Assembly: GCF_006345805.1 (NCBI RefSeq)
Contig: NC_042998.1
Coordinates: 4,402,001 to 4,466,000, forward strand
DNA from: Octopus sinensis
Lineage: Eukaryota
Length of the DNA: 64,000 bases
Reading direction: 5' to 3'
Position numbers and translations under genes: made by a program. The notes below the pieces were generated by a model, which saw only the letters and a list, made by a program, of their open reading frames with translations, was not told the DNA's origin and did not search any database. Shown here piece after piece: positions 1-11,456 of the stretch. The stretch's first letter is position 1, and each line of letters opens with the position of its first letter.

Positions 1-983
1 ATTTCTGCTGTTCTAACGGCATTTCTGCGTTCGAGAAAATATCATCGAACTTGTATATATATATCCTTCAATCAAATGACAGGTCACTTTTAGGAAACTT
101 ACTAACAAATAATTTCATTGGTCATTTAATTTAGATTAGTTTTTCAACTTGCTATTAGTGTACCATTTACTCATGTCCTCTCAAAAACACAAACCAACTT
201 GAAGGTAATAGGACCTGAAGATTATCTAAGGAGGTTTTATGTATGTTGTGACGTATGTAACAACCAGTGTTTTAACTATGAAACATTTGTAGACTTTATT
301 TTTTTCTATTCCTTATATTCTCAGATTTTCACTCTCAATTAAAGAAACGTTAGTTGCTAAACCATGTGTTGTATACTGACATGTTTTTGTATTAATTTAA
401 TTTAATTGATAATATTTTGTTTATGTATTTAATCATATAATTCCATATATTTATCTATCTATTGTTTCATATTAATATTATTTTATGGGGATCTTATTCT
501 GTCATACATAGGTGGTTGTGTGTGAGTGTATGTGTTAGTGTTCCATTCTAGTTTCTATTTAGGCTACATTTATCTTCTCTTATGTGTGTACCTTCCGTAA
601 TTTGTCAAAGCGTAGCGTCCGTTCTATCTGTGGACAAGAAATTAACTTCCGTTGTTGAATGAGCCCCCGTGTTCCCGCTCGACGCATTGGTGTAGAACTG
701 ATGAGCTCTTTTCTTCCTCAATGAAATTAATACAAAAGAAGAAATGAAAAAGTAAGTAGATAATACCAAATAAATAAAATATATTAAATTAAGTTAAATG
801 AACGTGAATAAACAGGAGATGGTGATCATGCAAGCACCATACTCACTCCCCCCCCCACATACACACTTGCTCATCATTGACACACAGAGGGATATAAGCA
901 TGAGCAAGTAAACACACATACAACAGGAATACAAATGGTACATCGTTAGGAAGGAGAGACACAAAAAGAAAGAAGAAAGTAAA

Positions 984-1028
984 GGACCACTGATGAGGTC
1001 ACAGAAGTGTGACGAAAGAACTCTGGCC
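984..1028 (+). ncRNA. Minimal type I hammerhead ribozyme-like motif
   Basis: ggacca-CTGATGA(990-996)-g-gtcaca/gaag/tgtgac (stem II)-GAAAG-aa-CT-C(1023)-tggcc. Stem I is acca/tgg plus gg/cc with one bulge; predicted cleavage triplet CUC. Lies about 100 bp upstream of a (TA)n tract. Confidence 0.6.
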
Positions 1029-1123
1029 GAAATACTATTAATATGAAATAAAGGTGAAGTGAATACCGAATATAGAGTGCGTGTGTTTTCATTGGCTAAA
1101 GTGGCAACGTGACCATCCCCAAT

Positions 1124-1128
<5 letters not shown>

Positions 1129-1215
<87 letters not shown>
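1129..1215. repeat. (TA)n microsatellite
   Basis: Near-perfect TA run; representative of dozens of (TA)n, (TG)n and (TATG)n tracts across the window. Confidence 0.95.
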
Positions 1216-1816
1216 GCATACATATACATATGCAGATAGATATGTGTGTGCATGTATATATCCATATATACGTATATACGTACATATATCGATATGTGTG
1301 TGTATTTATACACTCACTCGCATACACACATACAAATTAACTTTCTATATTATCTCTCGAGATATGTGTGTGCATGTATGTGTCTGTGTCTGTCTGTGTG
1401 CGTGTGTGTGTCTGTGTTAGTAATGAGAAGAACACGGGTGGTTTTAGAACAAGAGGATTTGCTAAATAAAACTTATGTCGACTTCTAATATGTTGAGATT
1501 AACTACAGGAGTGTTTAAACTGCATAGATTTCCATGCCAAAATAATAGTAAAACAACCTATTTTCGTATTAAACTCAAGTCCATTCCTTCTCTCTCTCTC
1601 TTTCCCTCTCTCTCTGTTTGTCTGTCTTTCTTTCCCCCTCTTTCATCCTCCGTGTTTACATGCATCGATAGATAGGCGACTATAAAAAAACTTTATATTG
1701 TTTGTATCCATTTGTAGCGAAGACAATCACCCTTCGTAAAGATTTCCCTGTATATTTTCATGACGATTTCTTTTATAATTTTTACTTAAAAGTTGACGCT
1801 ATGCTATACTCGGCCA

Positions 1817-2007
1817 CAATTTAAGGCGACTAATACATTTTGGTGATATAATATTCTCTAAATCGAGTCATTATTTGTGCATATAAATAACAGATGAAAG
1901 TTGATAAAGTGGAATATTGTTTAAAGTTACGTATTAAAATAGAAACACTGTCAACAAATTTGCACTTCAAATATAGAATCGGAAGTCGATGAATTATATC
2001 TGATTAT
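1817..2007 (+). repeat. Left arm of a long inverted repeat (partner 3643-3778)
   Basis: 1881-2007 is the near-exact reverse complement of 3643-3768; caatttaagg (1817-1826) matches 3769-3778, with about 54 bp absent from the right arm. Confidence 0.85.
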
Positions 2008-2716
2008 TAGGTTTATTTGAAAATATTCCAATCAGGGAAAAGTAGGTTCATTTCCAAAAGCAAATCATAGCACAGTGTTTCACTTATATTCGATAGCCTC
2101 ATGAAATTTTCTGGTGTTTTAGCAAAATACTTCCTAACTTAAAAAAGGGTTGATATTTAAAAATAAAGGAAATCTGGAAATTATTTAAGAGATATTTGAA
2201 ATATTCTACAAATTCTTCAAATTATTTTATCATAGAAAAAACGTGGAGTGAATTAAAATCAAAACTTTCGGTAAGATACAAGTATAACATAAATATGAAT
2301 TTGTATTAAACATCATATATATATCTATAGCTTAAATTTCACCATCCAAACACCTGTTGCAAGCTATTCTTTATTTTCCATCAATTCTATAGATTTACAA
2401 AGAAAAAAAATTACCACAACCACAGGTGCTATAACGAAGCAAAAAATATGTACTTAAGATTGTTCAAAATAAACATCATCCTAATATATCTTCCTGACCT
2501 TATACACACAACCGTTTATATGTTTATATATGTGTGTATGAGAGAAATACAAATGCATACACTTCATATATACACACACACACACACACACAAATTTACA
2601 GGTACTTCTTCTTCGCCGCCGCCTCCTTTCTCAACCACTACAGCTGCTTAATCAAAAAGAAGAATTCATATCAAACTATTACTACCGGCTGCCTATTACC
2701 TAGAATTCGCAAGAAT

Positions 2717-2975
2717 AAAAAAGAGAGACAGACACAGACAGAGAAAGGAAAATGTCCCTTGCATTTGATAACTGTGGAAATATCTTTAAAAAAACATTTC
2801 ACTTAATTTTTCCACAATTTAATTGTTTTTCATGCTTTACTATAAGTTGAAAAAGTCGCAAAGTCTGAAACCGGTGTTAAAATGTTCTTCATGATAAAAT
2901 TATTTTAGCATTTTCTACCTTGCTTTATTTTCCTTATACATATCAACTCGTGTGTTCCTTTTCAACTTTCTACAT
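2717..2975 (+). mobile_element. Diverged interspersed repeat with decayed hammerhead-like motif (copy 1; copy 2 at 5742-5968)
   Basis: Shares ctgaaaccggt...ttttagcattttcta...tatcaactcgtgtgttccttt with 5742-5968; ttgaaaa-agtcgcaaagtct-GAAACCGGT at 2847-2875. Confidence 0.6.
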
Positions 2976-3182
2976 GGATACACGCGCAAACACACACACA
3001 TATACATACATATACATACACACACACATATATATATATATGCAAAGTTCTCAGCATTATCATTAAAAGCATGAAACTGAGTATTACCATTCGGTTGATA
3101 TCTAATGAAAATTTAGGGCTTTCTGTGTCTGTCCTACGTGTAAGTATTTTAGCTATCAATGTTTACTTAATGCATTTTCATT

Positions 3183-3229
<47 letters not shown>

Positions 3230-3230
3230 C

Positions 3231-3331
<101 letters not shown>

Positions 3332-3349
3332 TGTATATGTATATATATA

Positions 3350-3545
3350 GGGGAGAATTCACAAAAGAAAAAACAAAAGACGAAGACAGGTGGTGTAGAC
3401 AACAAACATGCATTAGTATAACGCTCGGGATGTGAAAAAGTCTTTAACGTTTCGAGCTTGCGCTGTTCCACAGAAAGGAACACAGAATAAAACAAGGAGA
3501 GAAAATAAAGAATGTATAGTGGCTAGCGATCTATCATGGTGAAGG
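3350..3545 (-). mobile_element. Short (TA)n-associated element, HHR family 1
   Basis: Reverse complement matches 6137-6321 and 48192-48362; motif cttt-CTGTGGA-a-cagc/gcaa/gctc-GAAACGTT-aaag at 3442-3477; the end at 3350 abuts (TA)n. Confidence 0.8.
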
Positions 3546-3642
3546 ATAATATATATATACATACACACACAGATGTATGTATGTATGTTAATTTTTTTCA
3601 ATATCCGTACACAGGTTTTGCATATCTATAGAAATATTATAT

Positions 3643-3778
3643 ATAATCAGATATAATTCATCGACTTCCGAATCTATATTTGAAGTGCAAATTTGTTGAC
3701 AGTGTTTCTATTTAATACGTAACTTTAAACAATATTCCACTTTATCAACTTTCATCTGTTATTTATATCCTTAAATTG
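3643..3778 (-). repeat. Right arm of a long inverted repeat (partner 1817-2007)
   Basis: Direct sequence comparison with 1817-2007. Confidence 0.85.
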
Positions 3779-4759
3779 GATTTCAAAATGCGCTTTCGTT
3801 TCAGTTTTACTCTTCAGCTAAATTGCATATTTCTTATAAAATTCCCGAACACATAACAGGTTTTAAGAATTGTTCGTGTAGGTCTTTAATTATATTGACT
3901 ATAGACCTACATAAAATGAAAGTTTAAATCGTTTTAAGAAGGGACACCAGAAGAAGAACATATAATTATTGTTCATGAAATGCACTTTTCAACTCAGATA
4001 AAAACATGAATCAAATGAAGTACATTCAGTCATTGATCATACAATGATATGTACTTGTACAAACGACGATGAGTAGAAATATAATTAAACTGGAAGATAC
4101 CGTGATAATAAACTGAAATAAAAAAATTGAAACAATTACTTGAATCAGAGAAAATTATTTGTGACTTTGTGGCTTACATAACAGCACAAAGCGAAATGCT
4201 ACACTGCTGCCATTTACAAACACTAATAACATTGTTAAACAAATTGTTGTTGGTAGTTTCACATACGAACAAATATTAATATGTTCCTAGTTTTACTTGC
4301 CAATATATGAAAAATATGTTCATTGTCAAGTAGGATTTAATTGTTTTAGATAGAAAGAATCAATATGTCACTTTTATAATCAATTCTATGACACTCTAGT
4401 GACATATCTGATAGATTTACAATAAAAGTATATTCCAATACAGCAATGACAGTTATTTTTTAAATCTTTATAAGTTTTGTCACTCAAATATTTTGCATTT
4501 TAAAAATATATATTCTACTTTCAAATTTAGAGTTTTCCTTCTGATTCTGTCATTGTCGATACACCTTAATTTCAGCATAATTTTTTCTTCTTGATAAAAT
4601 GAAAAACGATGAGATTTTTTCTATAAAATTTTCAATACTTTAATAATAATTTTCAATAAATTTAATTGTTACGTTTTTATCTATGATTTCTTGTATATTT
4701 TAAGTACTACGTAATAAAAACCCTGTATATATACATACATACATATATATATATAATAT

Positions 4760-4836
<77 letters not shown>

Positions 4837-4859
4837 CATATGCATGTATGTATGTATGT

Positions 4860-5037
4860 ACACAACACACGCGCCATTTTGAATTATAAATTCAAATTCG
4901 AAATGGTTGAATACTAGCATTTGAAATTCAAATTTAAAATGGCTGACGATAGTATCTGACGCTTGAAACTCAAGAGTACCAACAATTTTGATCCCTACAT
5001 AAATTGGGTGAGTACTCTTCCTTTGTCCACTCACACG
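4860..5037 (+). mobile_element. Roughly 180-bp island between (TA)n tracts carrying a hammerhead motif
   Basis: Non-repetitive island bounded by TA/TATG repeats on both sides; contains the motif at 4940-4981. Confidence 0.55.
4940..4981 (+). ncRNA. Type I hammerhead ribozyme-like motif
   Basis: tgg-CTGACGA(4943-4949)-tagtatctgacgctt (weak stem II)-GAAAC-tc-aa-ga-GT-A(4978)-cca; stem III ACTC/GAGT; GUA triplet. Confidence 0.6.
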
Positions 5038-5044
5038 TATATAT

Positions 5045-5093
<49 letters not shown>

Positions 5094-5152
5094 TGATATA
5101 TGATTGTATATATATATATATATATATATGGATATATGTATGTACATATCTA

Positions 5153-5186
<34 letters not shown>

Positions 5187-5257
5187 TATATATATATATG
5201 TATGTATGTATATATATATTATATATATATATATATATAATATATATATATGTATAT

Positions 5258-5525
5258 GTTCGTTCGTTCGTCCTTCGGTTCGAAGATGACCAACTGACTT
5301 CATCTGATGGAACTGCCGCCATGAGACCGGAGGTGGTGGTGAGGCAATCGGGCAAGGAAGCCCCTCCCACAGGTGGGGCAGAAGTGGGTAGGGGCAGTGC
5401 TACTGGTGCAGGCGGCTCTGACTTTACGCATCTGACGTTTCTGCTCCGCTGACCGAATCCGTCCCTCCTCGGCTGTCCCTGCTCCACGGTGATGCGCTGC
5501 GCCAGGATGAGCGGTTGGCAGCAAG
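5258..5525 (-). mobile_element. 3' end of an RTE-clade LINE (5'-truncated)
   Basis: Minus strand reads ...[42 protein letters not shown]...HLRSH, a C-terminal C2H2-like finger typical of RTE ORFs, then the terminus ggtcatcttcgaaccgaaggac(gaac)n. GC-rich island within (TA)n. Confidence 0.8.
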
Positions 5526-5586
5526 TATATGTATATATGTATATATGTATATAGTATATATATACGTATATATGTATATACGTATG

Positions 5587-5626
<40 letters not shown>

Positions 5627-5741
5627 GTATATAGATATGTATTTATATATATGTATATATGTATATATACGTATATATGTATATATGTATGTGTATATAT
5701 ATATAAACATATATATGTACACACATATACACACAAGAGTA

Positions 5742-5968
5742 AACAATAGAGACAGAGACAGGCAGAAACAAAGAAAGTGCCACTTGTATTTGAACACTAT
5801 ACAAATATTCTTTTAGTTTTTCTAAATTTAATTGTTTAATTGTTACAGTTGAAAATGCACAATGACTGAAACCGGTACTGAAATGTTTTTTATAAAATCA
5901 TTTTAGCATTTTCTAGCTTGACATTTTTCCATATATATCAACTCGTGTGTTCCTTTTTAACTGTCTAC
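5742..5968 (+). mobile_element. Diverged interspersed repeat with decayed hammerhead-like motif (copy 2)
   Basis: ttacag-TTGAAAA-tgcacaatgact-GAAACCGGT-A-ctgaaa at 5843-5883: palindromic stem III (ACCGGT), GUA triplet, stem I cag/ctg; core is degenerate. Confidence 0.55.
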
Positions 5969-6072
5969 ATATATATGTACATGTATTTATTTTTACACAC
6001 TCACACACACACACACATATATATATATTTATACACAGACACACGCGCATATGTATGTATGTTTGTATGCAT

Positions 6073-6127
<55 letters not shown>

Positions 6128-6136
6128 GTATATCAG

Positions 6137-6318
6137 ACGCCATGATAGATCGTTAGCCACTGCACACATTTTCTCTCTCCTTGTTTTCAGTCTCCCTTTC
6201 TGTAGAAGAGCGTAGGCGCGAAATATAAAATACTTTTTTGTTCCTGAGCGTTATACTAATACATCTGTTTGTTTTGTACACCACCCGTCTTCGTCATTTG
6301 TTTTTTTCCGTAAACTCT

Positions 6319-6321
<3 letters not shown>
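6137..6321 (+). mobile_element. Short (TA)n-associated element, HHR family 1
   Basis: Flanked by (TA)n on both sides; CTGTAGA-a-gagc/gtag/gcgc-GAAAT at 6200-6224. Confidence 0.8.
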
Positions 6322-6355
<34 letters not shown>

Positions 6356-6357
<2 letters not shown>

Positions 6358-6775
6358 CGCAGGAGTGGAATAGGCGCAGGAGTGGCTGTGTGGTAAGTAG
6401 CTTGCTAACCAACCACATGGTTCCGGGTTCAGTCCCACTACGTGGCATCTTGGGCAAGTGTCTTCTGCTATAGCCCCGGGCAGACCAATGCCTTGTGAGT
6501 GGACTTGGTAGACGGAAACTGAAAGAAGCCTGTCGTATATATGTATATATATGTATGTGTGTGTATGTGTTTGTATGTCTGTGTTTGTCCCCTAGCATTG
6601 CTGGTGTGTTTACGTCCCCGTCACTTAGCGGTTCAGCAAAAGAGACCGATAGAATAAGAACTGGGCTTACAAAGAATAAGTCCTGGGGTCGATTTGCTCG
6701 ACTAAAGGCGGTGCTCCAGCATAGCCGCAGTTAAATGACTGAAACAAGTAAAAGAGTAAAAGAGTAAAAAAGAGT
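6356..6775 (+). mobile_element. tRNA-derived SINE, family S1 (resembles octopus OK/OR-type SINEs)
   Basis: Head ggcgcaggagtggctgtgtggtaag...ggttccgggttcagtccc with A/B-box-like motifs, internal TA/TG tract and (AAAGAGT)n tail; first 14 nt duplicated at 6356 and 6373. Confidence 0.9.
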
Positions 6776-6776
6776 A

Positions 6777-6803
<27 letters not shown>

Positions 6804-6810
<7 letters not shown>

Positions 6811-6922
6811 ATCACGTGACCGACCAGACCATTAGATGTTGTTACACATCGCTGGTCACAATGCGTTCGCATTGTTTTAGCCTTCGAATGACGCCACCCC
6901 GCTGGCTAAGCGAGCAGGCCAA
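6804..6922 (-). mobile_element. 3' tail fragment of SINE family S2b
   Basis: Reverse complement matches 50935-51056, including the tandem (cacgtgat) end. Confidence 0.85.
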
Positions 6923-7623
6923 TATATATATAAATATATATATATATGAGAAACAAGTTTATAGAATGATAATGCTCATTACATATTTTTCCATTATAGG
7001 AGCAAATTTGGCTTACGGCTGTTTCTAGTAGTAGATATAAGTACATTACTGATAGGTTTAATCAAATGGTCTATTAATCAACTGAAGAAAATTGAATGAC
7101 CTAAGAAAATTAATGCTACTTTCGTCAGAGCAATTTCTTGTTATAACAAACAGAGTACTGAAGGAATGGCTATTGTGTGGTAAAGGTGGGAGGCGAAGAT
7201 GGGAATGCTCAAGTAGAATAGAGAACAGAATAAGACAGGTTACAAAGGGTTAGAAGTTGGTGACTGGGTGGTATAGGAGTCACTTTCTAGAATTAGGGGC
7301 ATTGTATTGCCAAATATGGAAGAGGGACAGTTTAAAACGTTAGTGCGCATAATAGGGAGATGGAAGGAAGAATGTCTAGAGGCTGCAAGTTTGTAACGTT
7401 ACTAAATTTTCCGTCATTTTGCTGTAGCAGGAAATTGTTTAGATTAACTGTATATGTGTATGCACGTATGTATGTATTCTAATATGTGTGTTTTATATAG
7501 TGCTGGAACAATAGTAACCAATATTGAGCTGAAGCAATATTCGTATCTACATCTTTATTTTTGTGCTACACACACACACACACGCGTGCACACACAGATA
7601 CATATATGTATATATATATGTAC

Positions 7624-7655
<32 letters not shown>

Positions 7656-7830
7656 TAAATATTAGGGAATAAATCCAAATTTACAGGGAAAAAAATCAGA
7701 TTTAGGATTAAATCCAATTTTATAGTAAAATATTATAAAATATTATTAGAGACAAAACCACTATTTTGCAAAACAAACAAGGAAAGACTTAATCAATACA
7801 TAAAATTTTAATAAATAGTCAAAAAAACCG

Positions 7831-7876
7831 CCACTACAATCGTTTCTTCTTTTCTTGATCGACAATCTTCAGGTGG
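7831..7876 (-). ncRNA. Hammerhead motif, inverted copy with damaged stem II
   Basis: Reverse complement: ccac-CTGAAGA-ttgtc-gatcaa-gaaaagaa-GAAAC-gatt-GT-A-gtgg. Confidence 0.65.
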
Positions 7877-7908
7877 ACTTCCAATAAGTCAGTTTCAAAT
7901 TATGAAGT

Positions 7909-7951
7909 CCACCTGAAGATTGTCGATCAAGACAAGAAACGATTGTAGTGG
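7909..7951 (+). ncRNA. Minimal type I hammerhead ribozyme, intact core
   Basis: ccac-CTGAAGA(7913-7919)-ttgtc/gatcaa/gacaa-GAAAC-gatt-GT-A(7947)-gtgg: 4-bp stem I, 5-bp stem II, near-palindromic stem III, GUA triplet. Confidence 0.85.
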
Positions 7952-8053
7952 CGGTTTTTGACTATTTATTAAAATTTTATGTATTGATTAAGTTTTTCCT
8001 TGTTTGTTTTGCAAAATAGTGGTTTTGTCTCTAATATTTTATATATACATATT

Positions 8054-8135
<82 letters not shown>

Positions 8136-8572
8136 CTTATATATAATATATATATATAAATATGCATGCGTGCCTGTGTGATCGCGCGCGTGTATCAATA
8201 ACTATTTGCATATTCTGAATACGTTACGAAAGAATTATTATAGTCACTGTTTTCTACGTCATAACAGAACAACTTTTCCATTATGAGGCAATCTTGTGTT
8301 CATAACACACCCGGAATACTCGGCTCTTGTGTATCATGAACACAGTGTCGTCGCAAAAGTGCGAAGCTCTTCTTCTATGTTGTACGCAACAATGACTAGG
8401 AAATATGAGTCTCAATACGTCAGAATGTACAAGGAATAACTATGCAAATCATCGCTGTAGATCTCGCCGTACGTGGTGCAAATGACGATCATATATACAT
8501 ACATACGTTTTAATAATAAAATCAGGCCAAATAGTGTTATATGAAATCATTTAATAAGTAAGATTCAGGCTT

Positions 8573-8971
8573 ACTCTCTTTTTACTCTTTTACTTGTTTC
8601 AGTCAGTTGACTGCGGCCATGCTGGGGCACCACCTTTAGTCGAGCAAATCGACCTCGGGACTTATTCTATCAGTCTGTTTTGCCGAACCGCTAAGTAACG
8701 GGGACGTAAACACACCAGCATCGGTTGTCAAGCAATGCTAGGGGGACAAACACACACACACACAAACACACACACACATACACATATATACATATATATA
8801 CATATATACGACAAGCTTCTTTCAGTCTCCGTCTACCAAGTCCACTCACAAGGCATTGGTCGGCCCGGGGATATAGCAGAAGACAATTGCCCAAGATGTC
8901 ACGCAGTTGGACTGAACCCGGAACCATGTGGTTGGTTAGCAAGCTACTTACCACACAGCCACTCCTGCGCC
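8573..8971 (-). mobile_element. SINE family S1
   Basis: Reverse complement matches 6373-6775, with an internal deletion. Confidence 0.9.
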
Positions 8972-9290
8972 TATAATATATTACAAGAAAGTTTTGCAAA
9001 ACTTATGCATATCCAATTGTATAGTAAGCAAACATAGAACGTACGCGCTAAATGACTCCAAAATATCAGTATTTGGCTTGATTTCTATAGTACAACATAA
9101 AGACTCGATATCAGTACAAACCAGCGGGTCTAGACTACATTTATGCAGATACTCGAACAGTGATTTTGAGTAGTTTGGTATTTTTTTTATCGCGAGTCGA
9201 AAATTCATTTATCGCGCCCCCCCCCCACTCTTAATGTAACACAAAATACATGCAAACTTACACATACACACACACACATACATACACATA

Positions 9291-9352
9291 CTAAGATAAC
9301 TTACATGTTTTGAGGAAAGATTGGCCCAGGCCATGTCTAACTTGATTGCACT
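9291..9352 (-). mobile_element. Extreme 3' end of a CR1-group LINE
   Basis: Reverse complement aagttagacatggcctgggccaatct matches the tail at 20305-20330. Confidence 0.65.
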
Positions 9353-9369
9353 ATCTATCTATTTATATC

Positions 9370-9405
<36 letters not shown>

Positions 9406-9442
9406 CTATCTATCTATCTATCTATCTATATACATACATACA

Positions 9443-9487
<45 letters not shown>

Positions 9488-9491
9488 AAAC

Positions 9492-9532
<41 letters not shown>

Positions 9533-9563
9533 CAAATATATATATAATATATATATATATAAT

Positions 9564-9596
<33 letters not shown>

Positions 9597-10104
9597 ATAT
9601 ATATATATATTTATACACCTTTCTGTCAGATGACTTTCAAATGCTCAAGTCTAGTTCTCGGTCACTACGTGAAGGCAGTACACACACATATTTACAACAT
9701 ACATTTCATCTACTATAACCATGCATATCGAGCACATTGAAGCATGACTGGCTTTCAAGATAGTAAATCTCACTAACTCAAAATTTCATTTTGAATCTCT
9801 CCTCATTGCGAAAAAGTTACCACCAAATATAGATAATTTTCCAACAACAGAGAAAAAAGTCCTATACGAATGGCGTTACAGCATCTATATCCCAAACAGC
9901 ATTAAAAGCAGAGAAAAAACAAAGAAAATAAGTATTATAGTCGAATAAGTACTGCGCACATCTATATAATTGATTATATAAGAGGTTCACTATCCGATTA
10001 ATTGGCAGACAAACTACATTTTTTGGCGTTGTGCAAAAGTTTGGAAATCCTTTCCTGCATTAAATATATCATACCTCTGATATATGTCTATGTATATGTA
10101 TATG

Positions 10105-10178
<74 letters not shown>

Positions 10179-10252
10179 TAGATATACATATATATATATA
10201 TATTATATATATAATGTGAAATAGAAAGATGAATAATCTTGTAGTAGATTAA

Positions 10253-10618
10253 TCAAAAGTCTACCAATGCAAGGTTTACACGGACTCAGATGTCTTCACT
10301 TATGTAGGGGCCTCATCCTCAAGATTGTCTTTGCGTGTCTCCAACCATTACGCAACTTTTCGGGACATGAACAAGCGCCAGACCACGGGACTCTGTAAGC
10401 TAATATGGCGACTGAAGGATACGAACTTAAGCTACAGGCTGGAATGGTCAATTTTGTCGGTGGCCCTCCCATTTGATAGGGGCAGAAGGCAGTGCAACCT
10501 TTGTGTCTCCGAACTCTTCCATATCTTGTTTGCCAGAGGCCGGATGGTAAACGGGCTTTTACAGTCGGCTTTTCGATGCCCCCATTGGCGGCGTTACACT
10601 TATCTGGCTTTTAAATAG
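10253..10618 (+). pseudogene. GIY-YIG endonuclease remnant of a Penelope-like retroelement
   Basis: Open frame extends upstream of the tracked ORF: SKVYQCKVYTDSDVFTYVGASSSRLSLRVSNH...LIWRLK...YRLEWSIL...QCNLCVSE. Shows GIY-like (VYQ) and YIG-like (YVG) motifs, conserved R, H and E, and a C-terminal CxxC; stop at 10616-10618. Confidence 0.8.
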
Positions 10619-11201
10619 CGTTTAAATAATACCGGCACCCATAGCCCTTGGTAACAAATTCTGAAATAGCCTTTAAGATATCTACGATTAACCACTGCAA
10701 GGGGAATTACTCCTGTTAGACAAACGGGGCTTGGTTTTTTCACAGCGGGGGGTTTCCTTGACAGGCAGGCTTAGATGAACACACAACACACATAAAACAT
10801 AATATATATATATTTTTTCTGCCACCCAACGGTTCTCGCGGCAGTAGCCACTGACAGCCGAACGATCAAACGCACACACGTACACAAAAAATGTTTTCTA
10901 CCCCTACGCCAACACACACATATATAGAACAGTATACACACACACACGTCTCTAAGTAGATTTTTTCTCGCCCCTTATAAAACATCCAATATCCTTAAAT
11001 AGTCAGAACTTTATTCTCGGTCACAAAGAACACCCACACACCCTCACCCACATGATTGACCGATGCCTGACCCGTTAAATTCTTCAGCCACCGGTTCTCA
11101 ACATACACTGATAAACAGTTTCGCCATGGGCTCTTAGGAGCATAGTTCGATTTGTTATTGCTCCGCCTCTGTTCTGTTTTGTTTTTCCAACGGATTTCCT
11201 A

Positions 11202-11291
11202 TTTTCTTCCTGAAGAGAAAGACACAATATGGTCCCATTATTCAATCGGATTTTGGTAATTTGTGCCTTTCGAAACACGTGTAGAATGAAA
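11202..11291 (+). ncRNA. Type I hammerhead ribozyme with long stem II, intact core
   Basis: ttttcttc-CTGAAGA(11210-11216)-gaaagacacaa...ttgtgcctttc (10 of 11 pairs)-GAAAC-acgt-GT-A(11283)-gaatgaaa; perfect palindrome ACACGTGT in stem III; stem I 7 of 8 pairs including one wobble. Confidence 0.8.
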
Positions 11292-11372
11292 TAAAACGAT
11301 TCTGTTCAATCTGCGTTCAGCTCCATTTCTTCAATTCACCAATAATGTTTTATTATATATATTATATATATA

Positions 11373-11456
<84 letters not shown>

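Larger units (their letters stand above)
7661..8040. mobile_element. Fold-back element: two divergent copies of a hammerhead-bearing repeat between (TA)n tracts
   Basis: Arms 7744-7881 and 7904-8036 are near-perfect reverse complements with a 22-nt spacer; TA tracts on both sides. Confidence 0.85.
10220..11350 (+). mobile_element. 5'-truncated Penelope-like element (EN domain, 3' region and hammerhead) inserted in (TA)n
   Basis: GIY-YIG frame followed on the same strand by a hammerhead at 11202-11291; (TA)n at about 10090-10215 and 11352-11460. Boundaries approximate. Confidence 0.65.

Noticed and set aside
698-730. CTGATGA...GAAA hammerhead-like spacing
   Set aside because: No stem II, stem III or stem I pairing.
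6373-6440. tRNA gene-like heads (also 23593, 31916, 33330, 49823, 50746)
   Set aside because: They continue into SINE bodies and lack a complete cloverleaf; annotated as SINEs, not tRNAs.
10620-11200. SECIS element downstream of the GIY-YIG frame
   Set aside because: No AUGA/GA quartet with a well-paired helix found by eye, and no in-frame UGA in the remnant.
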